Assembly (NCBI GenBank): GCA_038233775.1 | Contig: JBBSVG010000032.1 | Location: 1 to 10,629, forward strand | Direction of reading: 5' to 3' | Length of the DNA stretch: 10,629 bases | From: Bacteroidota bacterium | GTDB lineage: Bacteria; Bacteroidota; JBBSVG01 | Shown here: in pieces, positions 1 through 6,923 of the stretch | Numbering within the stretch: position 1 is the stretch's first letter | How the letters are laid out: each line of letters begins with the position of its first letter | Program-made: the position numbers and the translations under genes | Notes under the pieces: generated by a model | What the model was told of the DNA's origin: nothing | Databases searched by the model: none | What the model saw: the letters and a program-made list of their open reading frames with translations, nothing else

Positions 1-3
1 GCC

Positions 4-594
4 ATGCACACGCTGTTTCTCGTCGCGACCGTTTTCGGCGCCACGCTCTGGATCGCGCAGTTCACGCTCTCGCTGTTCGGCATCGGCGACGGCCACGACG
101 CCGGGCTGGGCGATGGCGGCGCGGACACCGACGGCAGCGACGCCGACCACGACGGCTGGTTCGCCGGTCTGCTGTCGTTTCGCGCCCTCGTTGCGGCCCT
201 GACGGCGTTCGGCTTGGCTGGACTCGCCGCCGACGCCGCGCACTGGTCGCCGCTCGCCTCGGTCGCCGCCGCGATGGGAACCGGGCTTCTGGCGATGGCG
301 CTCGTCGCCGTGCTAATGCGCTCGTTGCAGGCGCTCGGGCAGGACAGCACCGTCCGAATCGAGCGGGCGATGGACGCCACCGGCGTCGTGTACCTGACGA
401 TTCCGCCGGACCAGACCGACGCCGGAAAAATCCTGCTCACGCTCGGCGGCCGGACGGTCGAGCTGCGTGCCGTTACCCGCCGGTCGGAGCCGATCCCCAG
501 CGGCGCCCCGATCCGCGTCACCGACCTCCTCGGCCCCGACTTGGTCGAGGTCATCCCCGATCCCCTTGCCCCCGGAGCATCCCGCCGTGGCTGA
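4..594 (+). CDS. NfeD-like inner-membrane protein (YqiJ/YuaF-type partner of flotillin)
   Basis: Three predicted N-terminal TM helices (LFLVATVFGATLWIAQFTLSLF, FAGLLSFRALVAALTAFGLAGLA, LASVAAAMGTGLLAMALVAVLM). An acidic Asp/His-rich loop (GDGHDAGLGDGGADTDGSDADHDGW) between TM1 and TM2 is typical of YqiJ-like proteins. C-terminal ~70 aa are beta-rich and OB-fold-like (VVYLTIPPDQTDAGKILLTLGGRTVELRAV...IRVTDLLGPDLVEV). Sits immediately upstream of, and overlaps, an SPFH/flotillin gene, which is the conserved nfeD-flotillin arrangement. The start at 4 is the first ATG in the window. An upstream extension beyond the window cannot be excluded. Confidence 0.7.
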   Translation: MHTLFLVATVFGATLWIAQFTLSLFGIGDGHDAGLGDGGADTDGSDADHDGWFAGLLSFRALVAALTAFGLAGLAADAAHWSPLASVAAAMGTGLLAMALVAVLMRSLQALGQDSTVRIERAMDATGVVYLTIPPDQTDAGKILLTLGGRTVELRAVTRRSEPIPSGAPIRVTDLLGPDLVEVIPDPLAPGASRRG

Positions 595-2377
595 TCTGCT
601 CGCCTTCATCCAACCCGCATCCGACTCGACGGACGGGCCGCTCATCCCCTTGCTCGGCCTCGCGCTGCTGCTGGCGCTGATCGTCTTCAGCGTGCTGATG
701 CTGATCGTCCGGCGCTACAAACGCTGCCCGAGCAACAAAGTGCTCGTCGTGTACGGCAAAATCGGCGGCGAATCGTCGGCCCGATGCATCCACGGCGGCG
801 CGGCGTTCATCTGGCCGGTGATCCAGGATTATGCGTTTTTGTCGCTCGAACCGATTCAGATCGAGATCCCGCTGAAGGATGCGCTGTCGATTGAGAACAT
901 CCGAATCAACGTCCCAAGCGTGTTTACGGTCGCCATCGGGACGCAACCGGAAGTCATGCAGAACGCCGCGATTCGGCAACTCGGACTCGATGTCGCCCAG
1001 GTCAAACGCCAAGCGCAGGACATCATCTTCGGCCAATTGCGCCAAGTGATCGCGTCGATGCGGATCGAGGACATCAACCGCGACCGTGAAAAATTCCTCC
1101 ACTCGATTCTCATCTCGCTCGAGCCAGAGCTGATGAAGATCGGGCTGATCCTGATCAACGTCAACATCACCGACATCACCGACGAGTCGGGCTACATCGT
1201 CGCGATTGGGCGCAAAGCCGCCAGCCAAGCGATCCAGCAAGCGCGCGGCGACGTGGCCGATCAGGAGAAGATGGGCGAGATTCGCGTCGCCGAGGCGCAG
1301 CGCGAGCAGCTCGTGCTCGTCGCCAACGCGAACAAGATGCGCGAGATCGGGACTCGGGAAGCGCAGCGCGACCAGATCGTCCGCACGAGCGAAGTTGATA
1401 AGGAACAGAAAATCGGCGAGCAAACGGCGGCGCGCGACCAAGCCGTTCGGCTGGCGGAACTCGACAAGGAGCGGAAGATCGCCGAGCAAACGGCCATCTT
1501 CGAGCGCGAGAGCCAGTTGAAGGACGCCGAGCAGCGGATGCGAATCGCCGTCGCTGAGGCCAACGCGAAAGCGCTCGCCGGTGAGGCCGAGGCGCAGGCG
1601 CGGGTCTCGGGAACGCAAGCCGACCTGCAAGTGCGCCAAGCCGAGTCGTACCGGTTGGGCGAGACGAAGAAGCGCGAGGCTGAAGCGGCCGTGCAGGAGG
1701 CGCAGAACCGGGCGATGGCTCGGGCGGCGGTGGCCGAGGGCGAGCGGGTCGAGGCCGAGCGTCGGGCCGCGCTTGAAGCCCCGGCTCGGGCGGAAAAAGC
1801 CCGAACCATCGTCGAGGCGGAAGCAGCCGCCGAGAAGCGGAAGATCGAGGCGCACGCCGAAGCCGACGCCGTGTTCGCCCGTCTGGACGCCGAGGCGCGC
1901 GGCCAATACGAGATTCTGGCCCGGAAAGGCGACGGCTTGAAGCGGATCATCGAGGCGTGCGGCGGTCCGCAGCAGGCTTACCAAATGCTGATGCTCGAGC
2001 ATCTCGACACGCTCGCCCAGACGGCTGCGACCGCCATCTCGAACATCAAGTTCGACAAGGTCGTCGTCTGGGAAGGCGGCGGGACCAGCGGCGGCAGCAC
2101 GGCCAACTTCCTGCAGAGCATGACCCGTTCGCTGCCGCCGATGCTGCAAGTGATGCGCGACATCGGCGGCCTCGAACTGCCCGACGCCATCTTGAAGCGG
2201 ATCGTCGATCCGGCCGAGCCCGACGCCACGCAGCCAACCGACGGCATCCCGGCGCCCGCTGCCGAGATCGCCCGGCCGACCGACGGCGCCGCGCCCGAAG
2301 CGTCACCGGCCACCGCAGCAGCGAAACTGCCCGCCGACAACGGCGCCGCAGCCGACAAGCGCCCGGCGCGCGGCTGA
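587..2377 (+). CDS. Flotillin-like SPFH/band-7 domain protein (YqiK/FloT family)
   Basis: Track ORF 467..2377 starts at an upstream GTG. The N-terminus expected for the family is an N-terminal TM helix followed directly by the SPFH domain (PLIPLLGLALLLALIVFSVLMLIV-RRYKR...VLVVYGKIGGE...AFIWPVIQDYAFLSLEPIQIEI). This points to the GTG at 587, with GGAG about 10 nt upstream. It overlaps the NfeD stop by 8 nt (GTGGCTGA). After the SPFH core comes about 300 aa of Ala/Glu/Gln/Arg/Lys-rich coiled coil (the flotillin EA-repeat region), then a GGTSGGS motif and a Pro/Ala-rich tail. The protein family call is firm. The exact start is moderately supported. Confidence 0.85.
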   Translation: MADLLAFIQPASDSTDGPLIPLLGLALLLALIVFSVLMLIVRRYKRCPSNKVLVVYGKIGGESSARCIHGGAAFIWPVIQDYAFLSLEPIQIEIPLKDALSIENIRINVPSVFTVAIGTQPEVMQNAAIRQLGLDVAQVKRQAQDIIFGQLRQVIASMRIEDINRDREKFLHSILISLEPELMKIGLILINVNITDITDESGYIVAIGRKAASQAIQQARGDVADQEKMGEIRVAEAQREQLVLVANANKMREIGTREAQRDQIVRTSEVDKEQKIGEQTAARDQAVRLAELDKERKIAEQTAIFERESQLKDAEQRMRIAVAEANAKALAGEAEAQARVSGTQADLQVRQAESYRLGETKKREAEAAVQEAQNRAMARAAVAEGERVEAERRAALEAPARAEKARTIVEAEAAAEKRKIEAHAEADAVFARLDAEARGQYEILARKGDGLKRIIEACGGPQQAYQMLMLEHLDTLAQTAATAISNIKFDKVVVWEGGGTSGGSTANFLQSMTRSLPPMLQVMRDIGGLELPDAILKRIVDPAEPDATQPTDGIPAPAAEIARPTDGAAPEASPATAAAKLPADNGAAADKRPARG

Positions 2378-2399
2378 CCGGCCGGTATGTTTGTTGTCA

Positions 2400-2441
2400 T
2401 TCGGCCCCGTGAACGCGATGCTCACGGGGCCGAGGCATTTT
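2400..2441 (+). terminator. Putative Rho-independent terminator after the flotillin gene
   Basis: Perfect 10-bp inverted repeat GGCCCCGTGA (2403-2412) / TCACGGGGCC (2422-2431) with a 9-nt loop. It extends to about 12-13 bp with flanking pairs. It is followed within 6 nt by a T-rich run (GGCATTTTCTTG). It lies 23 nt past the flotillin stop. The T-tract is short and interrupted, as is common in high-GC genomes. The downstream arm contains the GAGG that would serve as SD for the next gene's TTG start at 2443. Confidence 0.4.
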
Positions 2442-2442
2442 C

Positions 2443-3732
2443 TTGAAGCGCTTGTTTTTGTTGATGGTTCTCGCTTTTTCGCTCGGCGCCACTCGGGCGA
2501 GCGGACAGACGGTGGCGCTGGACACGCTCGAAGCGGTCAGCGGACCGGGCGCGTTGCCGCTCGGGTTGCCGCCCGAAGTGCCGCTGCCGACTCGGATCGC
2601 CGCGCCGGTCCGGCCGCGCACGGCGCTCGATGCCTACGAAGGACAGATTCAAACCGGCATCTCGGCGGTTTACAACCTCGAACTCGACCGCGCCGAGGTG
2701 ATCTTCAGTGCCATTGAGCGCGCCGCGCCCAGGGAACCCATCGGTCCGTTCTTCTTGGCGATGGTCGATTGGTGGCGCATCCGGCTCGATCTGGACAACA
2801 CCTCGCTCGACGACCGGTTCTACAACCGGCTCGACCGGGTCGTCAAGCTGTGCGACGCGAAGCTCCGGGCCAACCCGAACGACGCCGACGCGCTGTTCTT
2901 TAAAGGCGGCGCCTACGGCTTTCGCGGTCAGCTTCGGATCTATCGCGACCAGTGGGTTCGGGCCGCGCAGGACGGGCGGCGGGCGCTCGATGTGGTCGAG
3001 CAAGCCAAAAAAGTGGCGCCGAACAACACCGACCTGATGTTCGGCCTCGGGATCTATAATTATTACGCGGCGACGACGCCGGTCAAGTATCCGTACGTCA
3101 AACCGTTCATGCTGTTCTTCCCCAAAGGCAACCGCGAGGTGGGGCTCGAGCAACTGACGATTGCCGCCCGTCAGGGTCGGTTCGCCCGCACGGAAGCGAT
3201 GTTCTCACTTGCCCAACTCTACTTCACCTACGAGGAAGAGTTCACCACCAACCCGACCGATGTGTACCGCAAGGCGCTGGCCTGCACGCAGCAGTTGGTC
3301 CAGGCGTATCCGCGCAACGCGATTTTCCAATCGTATTTAGGTCGGGCCTACTTCAAGCTCGGTCGGACTGGCGAGATGGTGGCCGTGTACGACACGGTCG
3401 TCGCTCGGGCGGGTCGGCGGGAAACCGGCTACACGGCCAAAGCCGAGCGCGACGCCCGCTATTATTTGGGCGCAACTGCCATCGGCGCCGGCAACGCCGA
3501 GCTGGCCCGGCTGCACCTTGAGCGGAGCCTGACGCTGACCCGAGCGATGCCGGCGAGCGAGCAGCGGAACAACTGGAGCATCACGACGCTGCTTCGGCTG
3601 GGCAACATCGCCGACTGGCAGGGCGACCGACCGCGAGCCGAAGCGCTCTACAACGAGGTGCTGGGGTTAAAGGACTACAACAAGACGCAGGATCAGGCGC
3701 GGGCGTATCTACAGACGCCCTACCGACGTTAG
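2443..3732 (+). CDS. Secreted TPR-like helical-repeat protein, function unknown
   Basis: N-terminal signal peptide (MKRLFLLMVLAFSLGATRASGQ, probable AxA-type cleavage). The mature protein is dominated by degenerate 34-aa helical-repeat-like segments rich in A/L/Y/G/R (e.g. ADALFFKGGAYGFRGQLRIYRDQWVRAAQDGRRALDVVEQA, NAIFQSYLGRAYFKLGRTGEMVAVYDTVVARAG, ARYYLGATAIGAGNAELARLHLERSL). TTG start at 2443 is preferred over the in-frame ATG at 2464. It keeps the Lys-Arg n-region of the signal peptide and has GAGG 8 nt upstream. No catalytic motif was recognised. Confidence 0.6.
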   Translation: MKRLFLLMVLAFSLGATRASGQTVALDTLEAVSGPGALPLGLPPEVPLPTRIAAPVRPRTALDAYEGQIQTGISAVYNLELDRAEVIFSAIERAAPREPIGPFFLAMVDWWRIRLDLDNTSLDDRFYNRLDRVVKLCDAKLRANPNDADALFFKGGAYGFRGQLRIYRDQWVRAAQDGRRALDVVEQAKKVAPNNTDLMFGLGIYNYYAATTPVKYPYVKPFMLFFPKGNREVGLEQLTIAARQGRFARTEAMFSLAQLYFTYEEEFTTNPTDVYRKALACTQQLVQAYPRNAIFQSYLGRAYFKLGRTGEMVAVYDTVVARAGRRETGYTAKAERDARYYLGATAIGAGNAELARLHLERSLTLTRAMPASEQRNNWSITTLLRLGNIADWQGDRPRAEALYNEVLGLKDYNKTQDQARAYLQTPYRR

Positions 3733-4526
3733 CGGTCGATGGTCGTCAAAAAGATCTCGCCTGTGCGGGCGCGGAGCCGAATCCGACCAGCGCCGCCGTT
3801 GATCGTCCCGTTGAGCACGCCGTCGCTGCGGACGGCGTTGAGAAAAACGAACCCCTGCGTCTTGATTGACCCCTTGTCGGCCAGCGCGTCGATCTGGGCT
3901 GAGATGGTCGGCGGCATGTGGACGGTGATGTTGCCGCTCAACGCCTCGATCACGATCTGGCCGCCGTCCGGCGGGGCGATCTGCACGTCGGCGCCGCCGT
4001 ATTCGACCCGAATATCGCACGAACCGCTCTGTCCGACGACCTGCACGCCCCGGCTGCTGCGGATCTTCAGGTCGCCGGTCAGGTACGAGACGATAGTCGA
4101 ATCGGTCGCCCCGGCGATGCGAAGCGGCGTGTCGTAGGGCAGCTCGACAAAGGCGGTGACACCGGCCGGACCGCGAAACGAGAGCGGCGTCGAGATCGCA
4201 ACCCGCAGGCTGTCGCCGGCCGATTGGGCGTTGCGGATCGTCATCTGCGACAGCGGCACGTCGGCCAGCGAGCGCTCGCTGACCCGGACGAACTTATCGA
4301 GTCGCCAGTTCATCTCCCCGGCCGCGATCCCGGCGCCCGTCACGATGAACCCGCCAATCGGGTTCGTCAGCACGACCGGGGCCGGGATGAACGAGGTCCG
4401 GCCGCTCGACTGGGCGCTTACGAAGACGCTGCTGACCGGTCCAACGCCCAGATCATCGACCTCGCGGCGACAGCCCGAGACCACCGCCATCAGCCCGAGG
4501 GCGAGCGCCCACCGCTGCTTGTTCAT
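3729..4526 (-). CDS. Lipoprotein, beta-strand-rich (possibly DUF4097-like putative adhesin fold)
   Basis: Signal peptide with lipobox (MNKQRWALALGLMAVVSGC, Cys20). AAGGAG SD 7 nt upstream of the ATG. The start overlaps the guanine-deaminase stop as ATGA. The mature protein has alternating hydrophobic/polar beta-strand patterns and Gly-rich turns (GDLKIRSSRGVQVVGQSGSCDIRVEYGGADVQIAPPDGGQIVIEALSGNITVHMPP). This is reminiscent of DUF4097-type all-beta repeat proteins, but that domain call is tentative. Its stop overlaps the convergent TPR gene stop (CTAA). Confidence 0.7.
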   Translation of the reverse strand: MNKQRWALALGLMAVVSGCRREVDDLGVGPVSSVFVSAQSSGRTSFIPAPVVLTNPIGGFIVTGAGIAAGEMNWRLDKFVRVSERSLADVPLSQMTIRNAQSAGDSLRVAISTPLSFRGPAGVTAFVELPYDTPLRIAGATDSTIVSYLTGDLKIRSSRGVQVVGQSGSCDIRVEYGGADVQIAPPDGGQIVIEALSGNITVHMPPTISAQIDALADKGSIKTQGFVFLNAVRSDGVLNGTINGGAGRIRLRARTGEIFLTTIDR

Positions 4527-5104
4527 CGCTGCTCCTTGCCGTTGTAAATCACGCCCGCTCCGGCCGCGTATTGTTCGAGCACCGCCGCCGCCTCGGCGCG
4601 CATCACCCCGCGCACGATCTCGATTCCGCGTTCGGCCAAGTACGCATACGATTCGGGAAAAACCGGTCCCTCGTCGAAATCGAGCCGCATCGCGTCATCT
4701 CGGGTCGCGGCGGTGACCAGCCGACCCACGCCGCTCCAGAGCGTCGCCCCCAAACACATCGCGCACGGCTCGCACGACGTAAACAACTCGAACGGTCCGC
4801 CCGGCACGACGCTCAAACTGTACGATCCGACCCGCGCCCCGGCCATCATAAACGCGACCATTTCGCCATGCAGCGTGCAGTTGTTCCCGGCGACGACAAG
4901 GTTGATCCCGACCGACACCAGCCGACCGGTCGGTTGCTCGAACACCGCCGCGCCGAACGGTCCGCCGGTTCCGTGCGCGACGTTCAATCGGCTCAGTTCG
5001 ACCGCAAGCGCCATTTTGGCGCTGTCGTCGGGATAAACCGCGTTCCAATCAACCGACCGGGCGACCCAATCGGGATACTGCAGATGCACTTCGGGTAGCG
5101 TCAC
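4523..5104 (-). CDS. guaD: Guanine deaminase, CDA-fold (CMP/dCMP-type zinc deaminase family; B. subtilis GuaD-like)
   Basis: Zinc-binding H(A/G)E motif (CTLHGEMVAF) and PCxxC motif (TSCEPCAMCLGATLW), plus GGPFGAAV near the N-terminus. All align closely with B. subtilis GuaD (GGPFGAVIV, HAE, TSCEPCPMCLGAIYW) rather than TadA. The C-terminal helix extension is as in GuaD. GTG at 5104 lies 16 nt after the tsaC stop and has no clear SD. An alternative start is the ATG at about 5014 (MALAVELSRLNVAHGTGGPFG), which fits the GuaD N-terminus length. The context is purine catabolism. Confidence 0.8.
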   Translation of the reverse strand: MTLPEVHLQYPDWVARSVDWNAVYPDDSAKMALAVELSRLNVAHGTGGPFGAAVFEQPTGRLVSVGINLVVAGNNCTLHGEMVAFMMAGARVGSYSLSVVPGGPFELFTSCEPCAMCLGATLWSGVGRLVTAATRDDAMRLDFDEGPVFPESYAYLAERGIEIVRGVMRAEAAAVLEQYAAGAGVIYNGKEQR

Positions 5105-5120
5105 AGCTTTGGGAACAAAG

Positions 5121-6110
5121 TTACTTGGCGGCGCGGGTCAGCCGGTCCATCAGGGCGAGGCCGAGGCCGACGGGCGGGACGTTCTGGCAATAGATCAGCG
5201 CCAGCCCGGCGGCGTCGGAGCGGCGAAAGAAGTCGAACACCGAGCGGGCGTACATCTCGACATCGTCGCAGATGACCAGACGACCGAACTGCGAGCCCGG
5301 ATCGGGCGCGTCGAGGCCGATATACGCCGTCGAGACATCGTCCAGCGCCGCCGATGGGTGGTCGATCAGCACGACACGGGCGCGGGGCGCGTAGTGGCGG
5401 TACTTCGTGCCCGGCGAGCGCGGCGGCGCAGGCGGTTCGACTTCCGAGGTGCCGTCGGCGGCTGATTGGGCGGCGAGCACTTCTGGCGAGAGGACCGTCG
5501 CGGGCAGGATCGTCTGCAACTGTTCGAGCGTGATCGCGCCCGAGCGTAGCACCATCGGGATCGGTCCGGTCACGTCGATGACCGTCGATTCAAGCCCGTG
5601 CTCGGTCGGTTCGCCCTGCAAAATACATGGGATGCGGCCGTCGAGATCGGCCTGAACGGCCTCCCACGTCGTCGGGCTCGGTCGGCCCGAGCGGTTGGCG
5701 CTCGGCGCGGCCAGCGGTCGGCCGCACGCGGCCAGCAGCGCCTGGGCGACCGGGTGGCGCGGGATGCGGACGCCGATGGTGTCAAGTCCGCCCGAGGCGA
5801 TGAGCGGCACGTCGGGGTGTTTGGGGACGACGACCGTCAGCGGACCGGGCGCGAACGCCGCCAGCAGCGCCACAGCCGACAGCGGCATACTCCGGGCGAC
5901 GAGCGGCAGTTGATCGACGCTCGACAGATGGGCGATCAACGGGTTGTCGGCCGGTCGGTCTTTGGCGGCAAAAATGGCCGCGACTGCGTCGGCGTTGAAC
6001 AGATCGGCGCCCAATCCGTACACCGTTTCGGTCGGGAACGCGACGACCTCGCCCCGGCGGATGAAATCGGCGGCCAGTTCGGGGTCAGTCGTCAGCAGCG
6101 TCTTAGGCAT
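5121..6110 (-). CDS. tsaC: L-threonylcarbamoyladenylate synthase, Sua5/YwlC type (YrdC domain plus C-terminal Sua5 domain)
   Basis: The YrdC signature sits near the N-terminus (EVVAFPTETVYGLGAD; later APSAN). The C-terminal Sua5 domain carries the SPGTKYRHYAP motif. Track ORF 5121..6227 begins at an upstream TTG. The family N-terminus is about 20 aa before ETVYGLG, which indicates the ATG at about 6110 (MPKTLLTTDPELAADFIRRGEVV). That ATG overlaps the xdhC stop by 8 nt (ATGCCTAA). Confidence 0.85.
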   Translation of the reverse strand: MPKTLLTTDPELAADFIRRGEVVAFPTETVYGLGADLFNADAVAAIFAAKDRPADNPLIAHLSSVDQLPLVARSMPLSAVALLAAFAPGPLTVVVPKHPDVPLIASGGLDTIGVRIPRHPVAQALLAACGRPLAAPSANRSGRPSPTTWEAVQADLDGRIPCILQGEPTEHGLESTVIDVTGPIPMVLRSGAITLEQLQTILPATVLSPEVLAAQSAADGTSEVEPPAPPRSPGTKYRHYAPRARVVLIDHPSAALDDVSTAYIGLDAPDPGSQFGRLVICDDVEMYARSVFDFFRRSDAAGLALIYCQNVPPVGLGLALMDRLTRAAK

Positions 6111-6882
6111 GAGGGTCGGGTCGGTCACGGAGTTGCAGCAGTTGGGCGGCGATGCTGACGGCAATCTCGGCCGGCGCGTTGCCGCCCAGATCAAGGCCCA
6201 TCGGACAGGTGAAATGGCCGGGTCCAAGCCCGACCGCGTCGAGTTCTTTCCGCAGCCGAGCCGCTTTCGCCCGAGACCCGATCACGCCGACGTAGGGAAA
6301 CGGGCGGTTTTGTTCGGTCAAGCGCCGCAAGATCGGCAGATCGGTCCCGTGGCCCATCGTCATCAGGAGGACGAAGGCGCGGTCCGGCAACCCGTCGAGC
6401 GCGGCGGGCAGATCGGCCGTCAGCGTGGCCGTCAGCCGGTCGGCGGTGGGCAGCTTCGCCAGCCACTCGGGACGCGAATCGAACAGCAGCACCCGGCACG
6501 GCAGCGTCGCAAGCAGCCGGACGAGCGCTTGGGCGACATGGCCCGCGCCGAAGATCGCCACGGTCCACTCGGCCGCGCCGGAGCGCTCAAAATACAGCCG
6601 AACCGTCCCGCCGCAGGTCATCCCGATGTCGCGGCCGAGGCTCCACGAGACGAACCGAGTCCGCTCGCCGCCGTCGGTTTGCAGCATCGCAGCGGCTTCG
6701 TCCAGCGCCCGGCGTTCGAGCTTGCCGCCGCCGACGGTGCCCCGGTCGAGTCCCGCCGAGGTCACGAGCATCCGCGAGCCTACGGCCACCGGGACGCTGC
6801 CGGTTGCATCGACAACCGTCACGGCGACGCACGGCTCGCCCGACTGAACCCGCTCCGCCCATCGCGCCAGCACCTCGTCCAT
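6103..6882 (-). CDS. xdhC: XdhC/CoxI-family molybdenum-cofactor insertion chaperone (xanthine dehydrogenase accessory protein)
   Basis: N-terminal XdhC/CoxI domain (CVAVTVVDATGSVPVAVGSRMLV...GTVGGGKLE) and C-terminal Rossmann-like XdhC domain (VAIFGAGHVAQALVRLLATLPCRVLLFDSRPEW; PYVGVIGSRAKAARLRKEL). The start is re-set from the track's TTG at 6990 to the ATG at 6882 (MDEVLARWAERV). It has a strong GGAGGA SD 6 nt upstream and leaves a 41-nt gap after allB instead of a 67-nt overlap. Confidence 0.85.
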   Translation of the reverse strand: MDEVLARWAERVQSGEPCVAVTVVDATGSVPVAVGSRMLVTSAGLDRGTVGGGKLERRALDEAAAMLQTDGGERTRFVSWSLGRDIGMTCGGTVRLYFERSGAAEWTVAIFGAGHVAQALVRLLATLPCRVLLFDSRPEWLAKLPTADRLTATLTADLPAALDGLPDRAFVLLMTMGHGTDLPILRRLTEQNRPFPYVGVIGSRAKAARLRKELDAVGLGPGHFTCPMGLDLGGNAPAEIAVSIAAQLLQLRDRPDPHA

Positions 6883-6923
6883 CGGCTCGCCTCCTATGGG
6901 AAGATACGACCCGAACGGTGCGT

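Noticed and set aside
551-2149. 532-aa minus-strand ORF and the other antisense ORFs over the flotillin gene (856..1179, 1261..1950, 1206..1520 and 1581..1940 in alternative + frames)
   Set aside because: They overlap a clear SPFH/flotillin gene. They are Arg/Leu/Gly-rich with no motifs and are frame artefacts.
2422-3153. 243-aa minus-strand ORF, and 2708..3037 + ORF
   Set aside because: They overlap or lie antisense to the signal-peptide-bearing TPR gene. Compositionally aberrant (Arg/Pro/Gly or Ser/Thr-Gly runs).
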